From Marine Group III euryarchaeote CG-Epi1 (lineage in GTDB: Archaea; Thermoplasmatota; Poseidoniia; MGIII; CG-Epi1), in assembly GCA_001875345.1 (NCBI GenBank), contig MIZA01000001.1:71513-135512 (forward strand): 64,000 bases of DNA, in the 5' to 3' direction. A program made the translations under genes and the position numbers. Shown here piece by piece: positions 60,880 to 64,000 of the stretch (its first letter is position 1; each line of letters starts with the position of its first letter). Under the pieces are notes generated by a model, which saw nothing but the letters and a program-made list of their open reading frames with translations, did not search any database and was not told the origin of the DNA.

Positions 60880-62003
60880 TGGCGAATGAAAAGAAAATAA
60901 ATGCAATTGCCGACGCAGAGCAAGCTGGACTATACTATTCTAGTAACACTGAAGAAGGATTTACTCGTAAAATGGAAGGGGAAAATCAAATTTTTCTGAA
61001 TTCTAAAGGAAAGCCAATTAAAGGAAAACGAGATCTCAAAAGAATTGAAGAAATGAGAATACCTCCTGCATGGACTGATGTTTGGATTTGCACGGAGAAA
61101 AATGGACATTTACAAGCTACTGGAATTGATGCAAAGAAGAGAACGCAGTACATTTATCACCCAATTTGGACCCAATTAAGAAGTGAAGCTAAGTTTGATA
61201 AGATGTCTCTTTTTGGAAGAACTTTACCTAAAATAAGAGAACAATATTTTGAGGATTTGGCTTCTGAAGGTAATGAAAAACAACATGACTTACCTTATGA
61301 AAGAGTAATGGCATTAATCGTTAGGTTACTAGATACTACATTTATTCGAATTGGAAATGAAACTTCAAGGGATGATAAGGAGACTGCAACATATGGCTTA
61401 TCAACAATGCAAGACGAACACATAGATTTTGAACCTACGGAAATAACAGACGACCATGATAAGTGGTATGATTCACAAGTTGGTGGAAAATTTACATTTG
61501 TTGGAAAAAGTAACAAAAAACATGAAATTGAGATAAATGACGAAGAAATTCCTGATTTACCTGCATTAGTAATGATGTGTAAAGATGCGAAAAAAGGGAA
61601 AGGAGATGATTTATTTTTATTCTTTGATGAAGATGGAAATCCTCAAGATGTAAAAGCATATCACGTTAACGAATATATCCAAGAAGCATCTGGTGAAAAA
61701 TTTACAGCTAAAGATTTCAGAACTTGGGGCGGAACTAAATTAGCTGCAGAAGAAATTACTCAATTCAAGAAAAAAGATGATAAAAAACAAAGAAAGAAGA
61801 ACATTACTAAGATGGTTAAAGGCGTTGCAAAAAGATTGGGAAATACTCCTGCCGTATGCAGAGGGTCATACATTCACCCGCGATTTATCAACGACTACCT
61901 AAAGGGCTCATTCTTTAGATTGTGGAAAGAAACATTAGGTGACCAAATGTATCCTCTAAGTGAAAGCGAGAGTCACGTTATTAGATACTTAGAAAATAGT
62001 TAA
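60879..62003 (+). CDS. DNA topoisomerase IB, bacterial/poxvirus type
   Basis: IPPAWTDVWI, GHLQATGID..R.QYIYH, IRIGNE (R), FVGKS (K), KDFRTWGGT (R), LGNTPAVCRGSYIHP (N and catalytic Y). Confidence 0.93.
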   Translation: MANEKKINAIADAEQAGLYYSSNTEEGFTRKMEGENQIFLNSKGKPIKGKRDLKRIEEMRIPPAWTDVWICTEKNGHLQATGIDAKKRTQYIYHPIWTQLRSEAKFDKMSLFGRTLPKIREQYFEDLASEGNEKQHDLPYERVMALIVRLLDTTFIRIGNETSRDDKETATYGLSTMQDEHIDFEPTEITDDHDKWYDSQVGGKFTFVGKSNKKHEIEINDEEIPDLPALVMMCKDAKKGKGDDLFLFFDEDGNPQDVKAYHVNEYIQEASGEKFTAKDFRTWGGTKLAAEEITQFKKKDDKKQRKKNITKMVKGVAKRLGNTPAVCRGSYIHPRFINDYLKGSFFRLWKETLGDQMYPLSESESHVIRYLENS

Positions 62004-62032
62004 GTTTAAACACCCTCTATCATTAGATAAAT

Positions 62033-62251
62033 ATGGCGCTAAGTGATTTAGATGCAAATGACAAAAAAGTTTATGAATATCTAAAATTGTATGATTTCGT
62101 TGAAAATCCTTGGTCAACAAAAAAAGCTGCAAAGGCCTTGAAAATGAAGGAAGATGACGTATATGAATCTCTATCTAATTTAGCCGAATACATGAGAAAT
62201 AACATTCACATTCATTACAAAGACGGCTCCATACGAATTGGAGCAAATTAA
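62033..62251 (+). CDS. Small winged-helix-like protein
   Basis: 72 aa; WSTKKAAKALKMKEDDVYESLSNL followed by a beta-hairpin. Confidence 0.6.
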   Translation: MALSDLDANDKKVYEYLKLYDFVENPWSTKKAAKALKMKEDDVYESLSNLAEYMRNNIHIHYKDGSIRIGAN

Positions 62252-62553
62252 TCACTTAGTGTAAAGAGCTGCCAATCTCCTTTCCCATCTAAATATCCTA
62301 ATCTTACTCCACAATCTATCCAACCGTGTGCATAATTAACGGCTGCAAAAGCATCATCTCCTCTACCTTCGCTTAAGAAAAACTTAGCATCTGAATGATA
62401 TGCATTGACCATTCCCAAAATATCTTCAGCTTTAGCAAAGCCTTCAGTTCCTTCATCAGCAATTATTGAAACTTTTGCAACTGCTTTTGCAGTCAAATCA
62501 AGATATTTATTGATTCTTTCAAGTGTCACTAGATATTCGGCCATAATATACAC
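62248..62553 (-). CDS. DUF357-family protein
   Basis: AYHSDAKFF...AFAAVNYAHGWIDCGVRLG. Confidence 0.88.
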   Translation of the reverse strand: MYIMAEYLVTLERINKYLDLTAKAVAKVSIIADEGTEGFAKAEDILGMVNAYHSDAKFFLSEGRGDDAFAAVNYAHGWIDCGVRLGYLDGKGDWQLFTLSD

Positions 62554-62613
62554 TAAGGCTCTCTTTTATATTATTCACCGAAACTTATTAAGTATTCAGC
62601 ATTATAGGATAGT

Positions 62614-63693
62614 GTGAAAAAAAACAATATCACTGCAATAGTAGCCACGATTTTATTGATCTCAATGATTTTCTTTGTACCTAATTCTACCGCAAATAAA
62701 GAACTAACTGGAGGAATGGCACCAGTTCATCTTAATATGAAAGAAGCTTCAGGCATCTCTGCTGAAACGTGGGGAGATATATCTAGAGAAGCTGTGAAAG
62801 ATAACCCTCCTAGATCTTGGACTTCAACACCAGGAACTGCGGATCAATTGCGAACAAGAGAATGGAAAGATGTAGGTACTTGGACCTCAGCAAGTGGAAT
62901 AGAGTTTGATATTGGGTTAAGCGGGCCCGTAAAGTTCAATTTGTGGTGGAGAGAATCTGATCAAGGACAAAACGATGATTATGATGCTCAAGTTCAATAT
63001 CGTATTAGACTAAACATAGATGGAGTGGATTCTGCGTATTATACTGATGAGGACTCTGGTATGCAGCATGAATGTGCAGAGTCTAAACCTTGCCAATGGA
63101 CTGGCGATACAAATGACCTCAATGTTTCATCTGCTGCAAAAGGTACCATATTTGAAATTGAAATCGAATATTGGGCTTATTCAGACATTGAAGTTTACTA
63201 TGATAACTCTTCATTAGATAGTGGAGTAATGTTTGATTCAACGGGAATAAAATTTGGAAATAGCCAAATTAATGGACAGGAGATTAATTTTAACTTTGTT
63301 CAAACATGGAATGCAGACATAGAAGAAGCTATAACTGGAAACTTTCTAACGTTAACATTAGCTGGTGTAGACTTAATAAATAGTGAGCAGAGAAAAGGCT
63401 ATCCAAAAATAGAAGAAGGAATTACTTATGATTTCAATGGTAGTGATATTAAATCTACAAAAATTACATGGTATGTTGATGATGAATATGCTAAGTTGGA
63501 TCAGGCAGTTATTTCTTTTTCTTTAGCAAGAGTTGGTTCTGTAACTCCTCAAATACAAATTAATGTAGCTGATATTTTAATTGAGGGAAGTGCTGCTGCA
63601 GAAGACGAGGGCATACTAGGATTACCAGGTTTTGAATTTGCTGTAGTGATTTCAGCCCTTATATCTACGAGTTATATCAGAAGAAAAGTTTAA
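62614..63693 (+). CDS. Secreted protein with PGF-CTERM-like sorting signal
   Basis: Signal peptide; C-terminal GLPGFEFAVVISALISTSYIRRKV. Confidence 0.82.
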   Translation: MKKNNITAIVATILLISMIFFVPNSTANKELTGGMAPVHLNMKEASGISAETWGDISREAVKDNPPRSWTSTPGTADQLRTREWKDVGTWTSASGIEFDIGLSGPVKFNLWWRESDQGQNDDYDAQVQYRIRLNIDGVDSAYYTDEDSGMQHECAESKPCQWTGDTNDLNVSSAAKGTIFEIEIEYWAYSDIEVYYDNSSLDSGVMFDSTGIKFGNSQINGQEINFNFVQTWNADIEEAITGNFLTLTLAGVDLINSEQRKGYPKIEEGITYDFNGSDIKSTKITWYVDDEYAKLDQAVISFSLARVGSVTPQIQINVADILIEGSAAAEDEGILGLPGFEFAVVISALISTSYIRRKV

Positions 63694-63721
63694 TAAAGAA
63701 AACTCGAAGTGATAATCTCCT

Positions 63722-64000
63722 ATGAGACAAATATTAGTCTTCACAGCATTGGCAATCGCTGCAATGTTTATGCTATCTAGCAATGTCACTGCAGAACCTG
63801 AATATGAGAATCCTGACTTACAATTAAAATTCAACTGGAAAGAAGAAGGAGATATGCTCTCTCCACAGACTAAGCTTCCTAGTGATCCTGAAGCTCAAAA
63901 AACTGTAATGGCTGATTATACAAACACATTTGGCCTAGCCAAAACAGATAGACAACCTGTAAACGTAGGAACTTGGACAAGTGAGGCTGTAGAATTCGAT
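63722..64000 (+). CDS. Secreted protein, 5' part (truncated by window end); probable paralog of the upstream gene
   Basis: Manual translation MRQILVFTALAIAAMFMLSSNVTAEPE...RQPVNVGTWTSEAVEFD; signal peptide; open to the end of the window. Confidence 0.75.
   Translation, partial: MRQILVFTALAIAAMFMLSSNVTAEPEYENPDLQLKFNWKEEGDMLSPQTKLPSDPEAQKTVMADYTNTFGLAKTDRQPVNVGTWTSEAVEFD

Noticed and set aside
60879-62003. Tyrosine recombinase/integrase reading of the Topo IB gene
   Set aside because: It shares the fold, but IPPAW, GHLQATG and KDFRTW are Topo IB signatures, and no att sites or cargo genes are present.

Overview
Gene-dense, AT-rich archaeal chromosomal segment. Archaeal markers include aIF6, rpl31e, rpl39e, rps19e, aIF2-beta, fibrillarin, GatD, Cgi121, TrmY and Topo VI-B. 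Gyrase, many PKD/PGF-CTERM surface proteins and peptide-uptake genes suggest a marine Thermoplasmatota (MG-II/MG-III-like); this placement is an inference. The window holds about 60 CDS and two tRNAs (Thr-GGT, Gly-TCC). I saw no CRISPR array, integrase, transposase or rRNA. Main points of interest: (1) five topoisomerase genes covering types IA, IB, IIA and IIB, including a bacterial/poxvirus-type Topo IB; (2) a bacterial-type TopA with unusual C-terminal repeats, translationally coupled to a nuclease-less Hef/FANCM helicase, with a perfect 20-bp palindrome just upstream of its promoter; (3) a class-I glutamine amidotransferase coupled to a Dph6-family ligase, a candidate glutamine-dependent two-subunit amidation system; (4) a DHCR24/sterol-reductase-like flavoprotein; (5) a 1781-aa Lhr with an apparently duplicated C-terminal module; (6) a ThiR-thiBPQ-thiamine pyrophosphokinase vitamin B1 scavenging locus. 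All calls come from motif recognition by eye; no database searches were run.
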